Virus record (IMG/VR): IMGVR_UViG_3300028883_000033 | Location: 64,001 to 128,000 of that record | Direction: 5' to 3' (one strand) | Length of the DNA stretch: 64,000 bases | From: a virus | Part shown: piece after piece, positions 11,484-21,382 of the stretch | Layout: each line of letters opens with the position of its first letter | Numbering within the stretch: position 1 is the first letter of the stretch | Notes under the pieces: model-generated | The model's input: only the letters and a program-made list of their open reading frames with translations | Database searches by the model: none | What the model was told of the DNA's origin: nothing | Program-made: the position numbers and the translations under genes

Positions 11484-11714
11484 ATGAAAGATTACAAGAC
11501 AACTGATATCATTTTAGCTGCTTGCTTACGGCTGAGCGGATATGATATGACTGACATTGAGTTGAATGGGACGAAGGGAACGTTCTGTTTTGATGGTGTA
11601 GATGATAATTTTATCCAGGATTATGATCTTGGAAAATGCCGCGTCGAACCTGTTGCTTTTAACAATGCTATCAAACAGTTAACAACATCAGTGCGTAGAA
11701 TGACGCGTGGGTAA
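11484..11714 (+). CDS. Small hypothetical protein (DUF5659-like)
   Basis: YKTTDIILAACL..G...F.F pattern. ATG 11484 has an AGGGA SD; alternative start 11430 lies 4 nt after TAAATA (11420-11425). Confidence 0.55.
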   Translation: MKDYKTTDIILAACLRLSGYDMTDIELNGTKGTFCFDGVDDNFIQDYDLGKCRVEPVAFNNAIKQLTTSVRRMTRG

Positions 11715-11772
11715 AACCCTGAATTTTATAACCCTATAAAACATAGCTAAAACAATAGGTTATATCCTCTTT

Positions 11773-11801
11773 AAAACGGCCGTTTTTGACCATAATAAAT
11801 A
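11773..11801 (+). promoter_or_regulatory. Late promoter TAAATA (11796-11801) with upstream 14-bp palindrome AAAACGGCCGTTTT
   Basis: Motif and perfect palindrome read directly, upstream of ORF 11882. Confidence 0.55.
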
Positions 11802-11881
11802 TAAGCGTTGAGAAACACAGTATTCAAAAGAATGCGACAATAAACAACTAACTCAAAAATTCTACCTAGGGAGAGTTAAAC

Positions 11882-14800
11882 ATGAAAATTAATGGACATT
11901 TAGAGTTCCACGTACCAGGTGGCCTATCGTCAGACGGTCAGATTAAGAACGCGATTATCGAAGTTCTGTCTGAAGCGCCTGCGACTGGTGCACAGCGTGG
12001 TCGTATCTACTACAACGACGGTCTGACGACCCCAGCCGACAAAGGCTACTGGTACCACGACGGTTCTACATGGGTGAAGTTCGCTTCTGGCGGCAACACC
12101 GCAAGTTTGCAGAATGAGATCGATGCAATCGAACTTACTATCGGAGACATGATCAACTCCGACGGAACTGCAAACACAGCAAATATGAATGCGCTGACTA
12201 ACGTCACTGGCGCAAACGATCTTTCTGACGTTCTGACGCAGTTGGACGCAGCAATCTCTAGTTCTAACGAACTGAGTGAGTTGGATGATGTTACCATCAC
12301 CGGTGCAGCAGATGGGAATATCCTATACTACGATAATGGTGAATGGGTCAACGGAGCTCCTGGTGCGACTTCTGGCGTTCAGCCATATGACGCAGGTCTG
12401 GCTAACTTGGCGACTGGTGGTTCTGGCATTGTTGTTATGGATGGTGACACTGTTTCCTTCCGTACCCTAACCGCATCAACAGCTAACGATGAACTTGGTC
12501 TGTCAATCACCAACGGCAGTGGCGTTGGCGGCCAGCCTACAATTGGTCTTGACGTTGTTGGCCTGACAGCCGTTGGCGCAGCTCCTGCTGACGACGATGC
12601 GTTGTTCATCTATGACTTGTCTACAACGACAAACAAAAAAGTTACAGTTGCTAACTTGAAATCGGCGATGGTTGGTGCTAACGCACTTGGCGATCTGTCT
12701 GACGTAACTGACGCAGCTACTGGTTCTCTGGTAACTGACGACAAATACTTCTTCAACGCAACTGGCGCTTCTGCATACGAAGTTACAGCAGCTACCCTTG
12801 GTGCTCTGAACAACGTTGCAGATGGTGTTGACTCTGCTACAACTGAAGACGTTCTGGCATTCGACGGTACACAGTGGACTGCAATCACTGTTGCTACAAT
12901 GATCGGAGATGCAAATCTGGCTGATCTTGGTGATGTTAGCATGGTTGGTTCTCCAGCTCCTGCTGACGGTGACGTTCTGCAGTACAACTCTGGCTCCGGT
13001 AACTGGGAAAATGCTTCCCTGACAGGTGCAGGCGCAGCAATGCCTTACGATGCAGGCCTGGCAGCTCTTGCAGCAGCTGGTACTGGTATCGTTTCTATGG
13101 ACGGTGACAATGTTTACTTCCGCACACTGACAGCTTCCGCTGCAGCTGGCCTGGAAGGTATCAATGTTGTTAACGCTGATGGTACAGGCGGCAATCCAAC
13201 CATCGGTATCAACATCGATACGCTGACCGACGGGGGCGTCCCAGCTTCTACTGAGAAGGTCATGGTCTTCGATGGCACTAACAACGTTACTGCTACCATC
13301 GCACAGTTGGCTGATGCTGTTATTGCAACCGACATCAACCTGAACGACCTTGCTGATGTTACAGCCGCTGGTTCAACTTCTGGTACTGGTTACATCCTGG
13401 TTGGTGATGGTGCTGGTGGTTATTCTGTTGACGAAGTAACTCCTTCTGCTCCTACAAACTTTGTGGAAGCTGTTCAGGACATGATTGGTACATTCATCGT
13501 TGATGGTACTGATACAACTGTAAACTATGCAGATGGTTCCAACACGCTAGCGATTAACGTCGATGATGTTTTCCTACGTAATACTGGCGATACGCTAGAT
13601 AGCGGTGTTCTGACAGTTGCTTCTGGTGCACAGATCACGATTGCAACAGGCGGTAAACTGGTCATCACAGACGCTCCTGTTGATCCTACTGATGCAGCTA
13701 ATAAAGCATATGTTGATTCAGCTGTTGAAGGTCTGCAGACACGTCGTTCGGTTCACGCTGCTTCTACTGGTAACTTAGCCGGTACATTCACAGCAGGTTC
13801 TGGTTCTCCATGGGCAGGCGCTACCTTAGTTGTTGCTTCTGGTTCACCAACATTTGACGGTGAAACACTAGTAATCGGCAACCGCGTTCTGTTGAAAGAT
13901 CAGACTGCCGCTGAAGAGAATGGTATTTGGTATCTGTCCGCAGGTACTGGTTCGCCAATCAACGGCTACACTCTGACTCGTTGTGATTGTACTGATGAAA
14001 GCGATGAGGTTTCTGGTGCATACACGTTCGTTGAATCTGGTAACACCTACGCGAACACTGGTTGGGTTCTGGCTGTTGACGATCCTGACACGTTCGATAT
14101 CGACAGTGATCCTATCACCGCAATCCAGTTCTCTGGTGCAGGTTCATTCACTGCAGGTGATGGTTTGGGTCAGCTTGGCACAGAAATCTTCCTGGAAATT
14201 GGTGACCTAACAAGTGCAACGATCACATTGGCTGATGGTATTGCGTTTGACGATTCATCTGTTACCGCATCTGGTAATGATGGCGCAACTCGCTACACCA
14301 CAGTTCAGCAGTTCCTCGACGATCTGGATATCCTGACCGGCGACGCTGGTGGTAATGCTATCACAGCATCTGACGGTGTTCTGATCTCTGGCCAGGATGT
14401 TCAGTTGGACATCAACGGTCTGTCTGATCTGGCAACCACAGCTGATGACTACATGGTGTTTGCTGATTATGTCGCCGGTTCTCCTGCTACATACAACAAT
14501 CACATCAAGCGTACTGTTGCGGACTTCTTGACTGATCATAACATCGTTACATCTACGGGTGGTGGTGCTCTGACTGGTTCTGATGGTATCGTTATCGACG
14601 GTTCTTCCGTGCAGATGGATATCGGTGCTCTGTCAGCTGCAGCAATCGTTAGTTCTGACGTTCTGGTATTCAACGATGGTAACATCTCAGGTGCTGGTGC
14701 AACTCACGCTAAGATCACTGCTGCTAACTTCCTGGCTCAGTTGAATGTCGTTAATGGCATCGCTGGCACAGGTCTGGTTGCAGTAACTGATGCAACATCT

Positions 14801-15580
14801 GGTGCACAGGTAATGACTAACCGTTCAATCGTTGCTTCTGCTGATAACGATCAGCTGGGTATCGAAATTGTTAATGGTAACGCAGTATCTGGTAACCCAG
14901 AAGTTGGTCTGGACATCGCTGGTCGCACAGCTCTAGGTGCAGCTCCTGCATCTGGTGACCTGTTCATGGTCTATGATCTGGACGTTACCACAAACAAGAG
15001 CGTCACAATGGCGAACTTGGCATCTGGTATCCAGGGTCTGACTGATCTGACTGATCTGGGTGATGTTGATACGACTGGTGTTACCAACGGTAACATTCTG
15101 ACGTACAGCGGTGGAACTTGGGTCGATGGTACTGACGAGTGGACCATTTCTGATGGTGTTGGTTCTACCAACATCGGTCTGGGCGACACAATGACTCTGG
15201 CAGAGGGCCCAGGTTCTGACTTCACTGTCGCAGTTGATGCTTCTAGCTCAACTGTAACTCTTGAAGTTTCTGGTGCAACCACGGCTCTGTCCGATGTTTC
15301 ATCTGATGTTGCAGATGTTGGTCAGGCGCTGGTTCATGATGGTGTTGAGTATAAGCCTGTTAAGTTCCACGCGGTTGAGCCTGGTACAGGTACAACTTGG
15401 GTTATTTCACATAACTTGGACCAGCAGTATGTTAACGTAACAGTTGTGGATGATAACGATCAGGTTATTATTCCTCAGTCTATTACAATGACAGACGCTA
15501 ACACAGTTACAATTACGTTCAACACCTCGGTTGATGGATTCGCGATCTGCACAGGTTGCCGTATCACAGTAGGATCGTAA
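11882..15580 (+). CDS. Abundant fibre/whisker-like virion protein
   Basis: 1232 aa. DAANKAYVD and RVLLKDQ..ENGIW..LTR fibre module; L.DL.DV repeats; three copies of a G.G.V...R.L.AS...GI.I.NG.G..G.P.IG repeat; strong CTG/GCT/GGT/TCT codon bias; GGGAG SD. Confidence 0.7.
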   Translation: MKINGHLEFHVPGGLSSDGQIKNAIIEVLSEAPATGAQRGRIYYNDGLTTPADKGYWYHDGSTWVKFASGGNTASLQNEIDAIELTIGDMINSDGTANTANMNALTNVTGANDLSDVLTQLDAAISSSNELSELDDVTITGAADGNILYYDNGEWVNGAPGATSGVQPYDAGLANLATGGSGIVVMDGDTVSFRTLTASTANDELGLSITNGSGVGGQPTIGLDVVGLTAVGAAPADDDALFIYDLSTTTNKKVTVANLKSAMVGANALGDLSDVTDAATGSLVTDDKYFFNATGASAYEVTAATLGALNNVADGVDSATTEDVLAFDGTQWTAITVATMIGDANLADLGDVSMVGSPAPADGDVLQYNSGSGNWENASLTGAGAAMPYDAGLAALAAAGTGIVSMDGDNVYFRTLTASAAAGLEGINVVNADGTGGNPTIGINIDTLTDGGVPASTEKVMVFDGTNNVTATIAQLADAVIATDINLNDLADVTAAGSTSGTGYILVGDGAGGYSVDEVTPSAPTNFVEAVQDMIGTFIVDGTDTTVNYADGSNTLAINVDDVFLRNTGDTLDSGVLTVASGAQITIATGGKLVITDAPVDPTDAANKAYVDSAVEGLQTRRSVHAASTGNLAGTFTAGSGSPWAGATLVVASGSPTFDGETLVIGNRVLLKDQTAAEENGIWYLSAGTGSPINGYTLTRCDCTDESDEVSGAYTFVESGNTYANTGWVLAVDDPDTFDIDSDPITAIQFSGAGSFTAGDGLGQLGTEIFLEIGDLTSATITLADGIAFDDSSVTASGNDGATRYTTVQQFLDDLDILTGDAGGNAITASDGVLISGQDVQLDINGLSDLATTADDYMVFADYVAGSPATYNNHIKRTVADFLTDHNIVTSTGGGALTGSDGIVIDGSSVQMDIGALSAAAIVSSDVLVFNDGNISGAGATHAKITAANFLAQLNVVNGIAGTGLVAVTDATSGAQVMTNRSIVASADNDQLGIEIVNGNAVSGNPEVGLDIAGRTALGAAPASGDLFMVYDLDVTTNKSVTMANLASGIQGLTDLTDLGDVDTTGVTNGNILTYSGGTWVDGTDEWTISDGVGSTNIGLGDTMTLAEGPGSDFTVAVDASSSTVTLEVSGATTALSDVSSDVADVGQALVHDGVEYKPVKFHAVEPGTGTTWVISHNLDQQYVNVTVVDDNDQVIIPQSITMTDANTVTITFNTSVDGFAICTGCRITVGS

Positions 15581-15595
15581 TAAAGCTGTAAACCA

Positions 15596-15642
15596 ATCCT
15601 AATGTAAATTAGGATGAAAAGGGGGCTTCGGCCCCCTTTTTT
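15596..15642 (+). terminator. Rho-independent terminator preceded by a GNRA hairpin
   Basis: ATCCTAAT-GTAA-ATTAGGAT (15596-15615), then AAAAGGGGGC-TTCG-GCCCCCTTTTTT (15617-15642). Confidence 0.9.
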
Positions 15643-15663
15643 ATGCCCCATATCCCGTAAACA

Positions 15664-15687
15664 TAAATAGTTACAACAGCATAAATA
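15664..15687 (+). promoter_or_regulatory. Tandem late promoters (CATAAATA x2)
   Basis: TAAATA at 15664-15669 and 15682-15687, after the terminator and before ORF 15719 (AGGAG SD). Confidence 0.6.
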
Positions 15688-15718
15688 CTGTATATCTGAA
15701 TATCAGGAGCTTGAAACA

Positions 15719-16963
15719 ATGGCAAAAGATTTATTTTCCACTACCGTCAAAGGACATGTTAACATCCGGGATGACCTGGGTAATGTTCTTCTTGACAAGG
15801 GTAACGCAGTCCATCCCCAAAACATGGCTCGCGTTATTGCACGTGCTCTGTCAAATGAAAATAATTACCACATTCACCGCATTGCTTTCGGTAACGGTGG
15901 TACGCTGACAGACGCTGCATACACGATTACATATAACACTCCTAATGACGGTCAGCCGCCTGATGTAAGTACTTGGGACTCTCGTTTGTATAATGAGACA
16001 TACAGTGAAATCATCGATGAAGGCACCCCTACTCTGAATCCGGAATTGGGCACCGACCCAGGTTCTGCTGGTCCAAATGCAGGCACTCGTCCAGGCGGCG
16101 GCGCTGATCCTTCTGGTGATCCAGCTTCAATTCCACACGTTTCTGGCCCAGGCGTTCGTAGTAATGAACTTGGCTTGACGTCTGAAGTTGTTATCACAGC
16201 GGTTCTAAACCCAGGTGAGCCTACAGGTCAGTTTAGCTCAGATAACCAAGCTCCTTCTGAGTATACTGAATCTTCATTCACCTTCGATGAAATCGGCCTT
16301 TATACTACCGGTGCTCCTGCTATCGATTCTAACGGTTCTCAGGACGTTGATGTCAGTAACCGCACATCTGAAGATGATACAGGTTTGTCAGGTTCAACCC
16401 CATATGACTTTACCATTTCTATCGATGGTGGTGCTGCACAGAACATCTGGTTCCAGACCCCAGCGGGTGGTTCAGGTCCAGGAGGCGAAATCCTCTATGG
16501 TGATTTGTGTGAAGCAATCAACACTGGCGCTGCGGGATGGACTTTCCATGTTGGCGGGCCTCCAGGCACGGGTACTCCAGTAACTGGCTCTAGCCCACTT
16601 CCTGGCGTTGGAACAACGGTTTCAATCACAGATAACACACTAGCGTTTCCATCAATCACAGCATCACAGACGTTTGGTTACTTACGTTTCACTAGTGGTT
16701 CAACGGGAGCTACTTCAACAGTTCTGTTGACAAATGGTTCTGTTAATGACATGTTTGCAGCTCTAAACCCACCAACTGGTGGAACGCTGCTAACACCCGA
16801 AGATGGCGAAGATGCCGGCGTTCAAAACGATCCAGTTAATCCTTTAACTGAGCGTGAGCGTTTGCTGACTCACATCATTTTCTCTCCGGTACTCAAGTCT
16901 GCTAACCGTACACTGACTATTACGTACACACTAACAGTATCGGTCGCTCGTACGCAATCATAA
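15719..16963 (+). CDS. Conserved jumbo-phage baseplate/tail structural protein
   Basis: IAFGNGG, FDEIGLY and LLTHIIFSPVLKSANR.L.I.YTL blocks with a G/P/S/T-rich insertion. Confidence 0.55.
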   Translation: MAKDLFSTTVKGHVNIRDDLGNVLLDKGNAVHPQNMARVIARALSNENNYHIHRIAFGNGGTLTDAAYTITYNTPNDGQPPDVSTWDSRLYNETYSEIIDEGTPTLNPELGTDPGSAGPNAGTRPGGGADPSGDPASIPHVSGPGVRSNELGLTSEVVITAVLNPGEPTGQFSSDNQAPSEYTESSFTFDEIGLYTTGAPAIDSNGSQDVDVSNRTSEDDTGLSGSTPYDFTISIDGGAAQNIWFQTPAGGSGPGGEILYGDLCEAINTGAAGWTFHVGGPPGTGTPVTGSSPLPGVGTTVSITDNTLAFPSITASQTFGYLRFTSGSTGATSTVLLTNGSVNDMFAALNPPTGGTLLTPEDGEDAGVQNDPVNPLTERERLLTHIIFSPVLKSANRTLTITYTLTVSVARTQS

Positions 16964-16992
16964 TAAAGAGTTAAGTTGTTTCTCTCCAAAAG

Positions 16993-17019
16993 AAAAGGCC
17001 CGCTTTAGCGGGCCTTTTT
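16993..17019. terminator. Bidirectional terminator
   Basis: AAAAGGCCCGC-TTTA-GCGGGCCTTTTT between convergent genes. Confidence 0.9.
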
Positions 17020-17048
17020 ATTTCCTATCGTATTACTAAGGGAGTTGC

Positions 17049-17588
17049 TTATTCAGCGGACTTCTTTGTTGTACGACGCTTTGGCGCAGGAGCTGGAGCT
17101 TCTGCGGCAGCTGGAGCAGGGGCAGGTGCCGCCTGTGTGCCACGAATAGCAGCAGCTGCAGCATCGGCAGCCGCATTTGCAGCGGCCCGAGCTGCGATCT
17201 GAGCCTGTTCTTCCATAGCAGCGCGTGCCTCTTTACCGCGAGTATCAATAATACCTTCAGTACCGATAACACCTTCACGTGGTCTCATGCGCTTACCGTT
17301 AGGGGTAATCAGTTCAACGAGCTGGTGGAAGTAGGTTAGGGCATTAACGCCGTTATTCAGTGTAATCTGACTCATCAGATCCCAAAGCTCGAACGTGTTT
17401 GCGTTGCGGTTAGAAAGGATACGTGCAAGACGTCCTTTATCAATCTTATCCAGAGCGTTCAGTGGAAAGAAATAAATGTTACCAAGGCCGTCCTTTTTCA
17501 TAACGGCACATTCAGTGTATATACCGTCATTGGCAAGGTCAATCCAAAACAGATGCGGCATATTTCCAGGTTGCATACTTACGGCCAT
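17049..17588 (-). CDS. Hypothetical protein with Ala/Pro-rich and basic tail
   Basis: ATG 17588 with AGGAG SD; TAAATA on the - strand near 17635-17640. Confidence 0.65.
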   Translation of the reverse strand: MAVSMQPGNMPHLFWIDLANDGIYTECAVMKKDGLGNIYFFPLNALDKIDKGRLARILSNRNANTFELWDLMSQITLNNGVNALTYFHQLVELITPNGKRMRPREGVIGTEGIIDTRGKEARAAMEEQAQIAARAAANAAADAAAAAIRGTQAAPAPAPAAAEAPAPAPKRRTTKKSAE

Positions 17589-17676
17589 CGTAAAATCTCC
17601 TATGTTTGTTATTATACAATTGGTTCGTTGGAAATATTTACGGTCGAACTTTAGGTGGGTAACCAATCAATTTGGG

Positions 17677-18762
17677 TTACCCCAGGCGCCTAAGACCGGG
17701 GGCATAAGATGAAGATGATACCTGAGTTAGAACTGATTTTCTATGTCCTGATGAGTTTGTACTGATGTGAATCCATGGGTTTTTTCCGAACCACTCTAAG
17801 ATAATCTGATCGTAGTCAAAATTGTCACGAATGTACTGTGCCAGATCATAATATTGCTGTCCGGTATTTCCTGTTCCGTGGAATGAGAAGAACTGAAGAT
17901 CAGTAGCTTGACCCTTATTATGCTGGCTACCGCCTGATTTGTTACGCCACCCTGACGTTATAACAAAGGGAGGAACGTTGGAATCGGCACGCAGCGGCTC
18001 GAGAACAGTTTTTGCGTGGAAGCACAGGTTTTGCAGTATCTGCTTCTGTGATAAACCACATGGCTGTGTTACAGCAGACGAGAACCTGTATGTACTCACT
18101 GCAGGGCCAATTGTAAGATCATATGCTGTGTAATTTGCTGATAATGCAACGCTTGACGCAAACGTGTCAAAATCGGGGTATGGTGGAGATCCAGTTGCCC
18201 AGCTAAAGCTAGCACTGAGATTATCAATGTCTGTGCAATTTGCTGCGGGTGGTATATTAGGCGGAGGTTGAACTGAATCCTGTTCTTGCTCGGTTATGGG
18301 TTTTACCTCAGAACTTGTGAATACTGTTTCGGCACCAGGATTAATCTCTTCAGGAACGTCATTGTTTTCGAATACGTATCGATCTTGTTCGGTTGGAATT
18401 ATCTTTCGTCCAGTACCCAAAGTTATGATTGGTGCCCCTGCCAGTGGTTCGCTGTTATCGAAAATCGCACCGCCACCGCCTCCATCGGTGAATACATTAG
18501 GAGAGCCAGCAACTCGGGGGTGCCCGCACGTGTCTGGATCGCCAGCACTATTCACCGGAATGTTTTCAGCAAATACCGTAGGACCGCCGTTCGCGGTGTT
18601 GGGGGAGCAGTGGATATTGCCATTGCTACATGCGGCGTCGGGAGATACGGAAGACCCGTCCGTTGAAACCAGCAGATTGTTAGCATACACGGTTCCTTGT
18701 GTGGTTCCGGTGACTGAGCCACCAGCGCTATTGGAATCTGTTAATCTGTGAGTTCTTGGCAT
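17677..18762 (-). CDS. PAAR (gp5.4-like) spike-tip domain fused to an M15-family Zn peptidase
   Basis: N-terminus: R..D..S.GG...TVYANN...C..HC...TVFAE..P....GD..TCGH..VAGSPNVF (PAAR). C-terminus: ITSGWR, SQH.KGQA.D, WIHIS (peptidase M15A). Confidence 0.85.
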   Translation of the reverse strand: MPRTHRLTDSNSAGGSVTGTTQGTVYANNLLVSTDGSSVSPDAACSNGNIHCSPNTANGGPTVFAENIPVNSAGDPDTCGHPRVAGSPNVFTDGGGGGAIFDNSEPLAGAPIITLGTGRKIIPTEQDRYVFENNDVPEEINPGAETVFTSSEVKPITEQEQDSVQPPPNIPPAANCTDIDNLSASFSWATGSPPYPDFDTFASSVALSANYTAYDLTIGPAVSTYRFSSAVTQPCGLSQKQILQNLCFHAKTVLEPLRADSNVPPFVITSGWRNKSGGSQHNKGQATDLQFFSFHGTGNTGQQYYDLAQYIRDNFDYDQIILEWFGKNPWIHISTNSSGHRKSVLTQVSSSSYAPGLRRLG

Positions 18763-18788
18763 GTATGGTTATGCTCCTATTTTGCCCC

Positions 18789-18803
18789 TATTTATCATAA
18801 ATA
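18789..18803. promoter_or_regulatory. Palindromic back-to-back late promoters
   Basis: TATTTAT-C-ATAAATA gives TAAATA on both strands between divergent genes. Confidence 0.65.
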
Positions 18804-18835
18804 ATTTCACGCTAATAACATATGGAGATGATAAA

Positions 18836-19294
18836 ATGAGCGGTCTAAAGGATATAGACAGTTGGCGCAAAGTACACCTAGCTGTCGCAGAATTTGTGGA
18901 TGCATGGCGAATAATTCCACGTGCCGTTGTTGTAGTGTTTAGTTATGGCGTATACGGCGTAACAACATGGTACATGAATCTAAAACCTTACATACTCGAA
19001 GGGTGTGTTAAGGCAGCAGAATCTGTTCCTACTGAGTGCATCGTTCAAGCCCCAACAACACAACATACAGCACTATTAACGGCAATGTTCGCGTTGGCGG
19101 CAGCGGTGTTCGCTTTTTATTCAAACAACGGTAGAAAGTGGAATGGATTTTCCCATTGGAATACCAACGAGTCGAAGACGTCAGAAAGTGTGTATTGGCG
19201 CGAGGGCGAAGAGAAGCCAGTTCAGGACGAGCGTAAGGACGCGGATCGTCAGGGCCGCGCTGTTATAGAGAATGCGCGCGGGAATGGCGGTTAA
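18836..19294 (+). CDS. Two-TM membrane protein (holin candidate)
   Basis: ATG 18836 with GGAG SD; two hydrophobic segments, DAWRIIPR motif, charged C-terminal tail. Confidence 0.5.
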   Translation: MSGLKDIDSWRKVHLAVAEFVDAWRIIPRAVVVVFSYGVYGVTTWYMNLKPYILEGCVKAAESVPTECIVQAPTTQHTALLTAMFALAAAVFAFYSNNGRKWNGFSHWNTNESKTSESVYWREGEEKPVQDERKDADRQGRAVIENARGNGG

Positions 19295-20208
19295 CGACTA
19301 AACATCGGAACAAATTGTTCCGCTTGGTCTGCTACCTTCTTTAGCTCATACTTTCCAAGAAATTTCATAAAATGGAAGTATGAGAAAGTTCCAGGATCGT
19401 TAAGACCCGTTAGTACGGTCTTAACGATCCTTTCTTGTATGTCGTCTGGCTGGCTTTCAAGGTCCATCAGAAGCATGTTTTCATTGAACAGCTCTCTGAC
19501 TACAAACTCTTTTCCCGTCTGGTCCGTCCAACGTTCCATTAATAGATTGGCACGTTCGTATTCATCCTGATACGCTTTCAGAATTCGGGTTTTGCGTACG
19601 CGTGGTAGAGCGGATTGAACATTATCTCCCATATCACCACGCAGACACTTTTCAAACATGAATAGATCAGCGTCTCCGCCCCATTCATCAAGAGTCCTGT
19701 TCTTTCCTGTGGCTGGATCAATTAGTACTGTGTTCTTATGTCTGAGGAGCTGGATCATATCCTTATCTCCGCTAACAATAACGAACTCAGCATCATCATC
19801 AGTAACACTCAAAGTCTGGACGGCACCAGCGACTAGATCATCCGCCTCTAATCCATCACCAGCCAGAGTGATGATTGTAGTATGATCACGAATCATATCT
19901 TCAAAATCCCCGAGATGGCTGAGGAATAGCTCAAAGCGTTCCTTCTCTTTCGGAGTCATTTTTTGACGTCGTGTGCCTTTATACGGCTTTCCAGAAATAC
20001 ACACATCGGATGCGGTATATTCCTTTCGCCATGAGCTGCGGTCAAAGCACATAATGATCTTATGTGGCTTATAGTGCTTGAAGTATTTGTTGATTGTTAC
20101 TAACGCGGTGTGAGACGCCAGGCCTGCGACCGTGATATCATCTTCAGTTTTATGAGCGAAGAATGTGCGATATAGAATGTTCGTTACGTCGAGAACAAGG
20201 TATTTCAC
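19291..20208 (-). CDS. rnh: T4-like RNase H / 5'-3' exonuclease
   Basis: LVLD..N...R.FFA, FD..SWRK, YKG.R, EADD, SGDKD, GD.GDN motifs. Confidence 0.9.
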   Translation of the reverse strand: MKYLVLDVTNILYRTFFAHKTEDDITVAGLASHTALVTINKYFKHYKPHKIIMCFDRSSWRKEYTASDVCISGKPYKGTRRQKMTPKEKERFELFLSHLGDFEDMIRDHTTIITLAGDGLEADDLVAGAVQTLSVTDDDAEFVIVSGDKDMIQLLRHKNTVLIDPATGKNRTLDEWGGDADLFMFEKCLRGDMGDNVQSALPRVRKTRILKAYQDEYERANLLMERWTDQTGKEFVVRELFNENMLLMDLESQPDDIQERIVKTVLTGLNDPGTFSYFHFMKFLGKYELKKVADQAEQFVPMFSR

Positions 20209-20588
20209 TGAAACTCCCCATCTCCGTCAGCCTTTTCATCCATCTGATTTGCCATATCATAAAGGAGCATAGCAACCCAACGCTGAACGACTTGATCATC
20301 GTCAGCACCAGTTATTCCTTGTGTGCGGAGATATTCAACAAACGCATCATTCCACTCAAGTTCAACTCGAACACCTTGAGCGGTTTCAACCCAACCCTCA
20401 ATTTCGACCCACGGATCGTCGGATGCTTTCATCATCTCAACGTACTCGTCGTGTTCCTTCTTTTGTTGTTCGCGGCGAATCTTCGCTTCTTCTCTCTTGC
20501 GAGTTTCTTCGCTCTTCATCTCCTGAATGACCTGCGCCTTAATAGCAGCGATCATATCCTGGTCGATTTGTTTGTTGTCTTCGCTCAT
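20205..20588 (-). CDS. Conserved hypothetical phage protein
   Basis: Coiled coil followed by ELEWNDAFV..L...G..G..D; in an operon with the clamp and rnh. Confidence 0.65.
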   Translation of the reverse strand: MSEDNKQIDQDMIAAIKAQVIQEMKSEETRKREEAKIRREQQKKEHDEYVEMMKASDDPWVEIEGWVETAQGVRVELEWNDAFVEYLRTQGITGADDDQVVQRWVAMLLYDMANQMDEKADGDGEFQ

Positions 20589-20594
20589 AATACA

Positions 20595-21317
20595 TTATAC
20601 CTGTGGTAGTACGTACACCGTCAAACCGTTAACAGGAAAGCTCAGAATGCCTTTTTGACCGATACTGAAAGTACCTTCCGGGTTGCTACGGAACAGTGCA
20701 AGTAGTGTCTTTGCGGGATATCTATGGGCAAATTTCGTTGTGGAGGCCACGTTGCCGTCATCATCCGGAACCAATTGAGCATCATCAGCGAATGTATGTT
20801 TAAACACATCATTGTTAACATCAACTAGCTCAAACGACACACCTTCGTTGCTAATGATGGATACGTTCTCGGCAGCCATCGCAGCTGCACCCTTCTGTAA
20901 GAGAGTTACAGCTTCGGAAGTTAGGTTCACTTGGTAACGGAGAACGTCATTGATTGAACGAGGCGCGTTGATTTTTGAAGGGTCGGCACAGCGATAATCA
21001 ATCTTAGTGCCTTTGCCTTTCAAAATTAGTGAAGTAGCAAATTCGCTATCGCCTTCATTCTTCGTGCTGTATTCGACTGAAAAGTTCTGGGTGGAGTTGG
21101 CGATTTCATATCGAGCCATCAACACATCAATTCGGTTGATACCGATGGAGTTAAACTCCATAGCTGGCACATCTTCATTCTGGAAGACTACAACTGTACG
21201 AGCATCATCCATTGCACGCACGGTGTTTGGTTCAATGATGATGTTGTCAATGCCAACAAGTTTAGCCGTTCTAACAACATTCAGAACGTAGGCAAGAGAT
21301 TCGGGTTTTAGTTTCAT
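20595..21317 (-). CDS. Sliding clamp-like protein (T4 gp45-like)
   Basis: 240 aa; IDYRCADPSKI resembles the gp45 linker motif; lies between polymerase and rnh. Confidence 0.6.
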   Translation of the reverse strand: MKLKPESLAYVLNVVRTAKLVGIDNIIIEPNTVRAMDDARTVVVFQNEDVPAMEFNSIGINRIDVLMARYEIANSTQNFSVEYSTKNEGDSEFATSLILKGKGTKIDYRCADPSKINAPRSINDVLRYQVNLTSEAVTLLQKGAAAMAAENVSIISNEGVSFELVDVNNDVFKHTFADDAQLVPDDDGNVASTTKFAHRYPAKTLLALFRSNPEGTFSIGQKGILSFPVNGLTVYVLPQV

Positions 21318-21353
21318 CGGTATTATGTCCTATAGTTATAATTTTGTGGCGTT

Positions 21354-21382
21354 ATTGTACTAAAAGTCCAGCAGATCGTCAA
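21354..21382 (-). promoter_or_regulatory. Sigma70-like promoter
   Basis: TTGACG-17-TACAAT upstream of the clamp gene. Confidence 0.75.
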
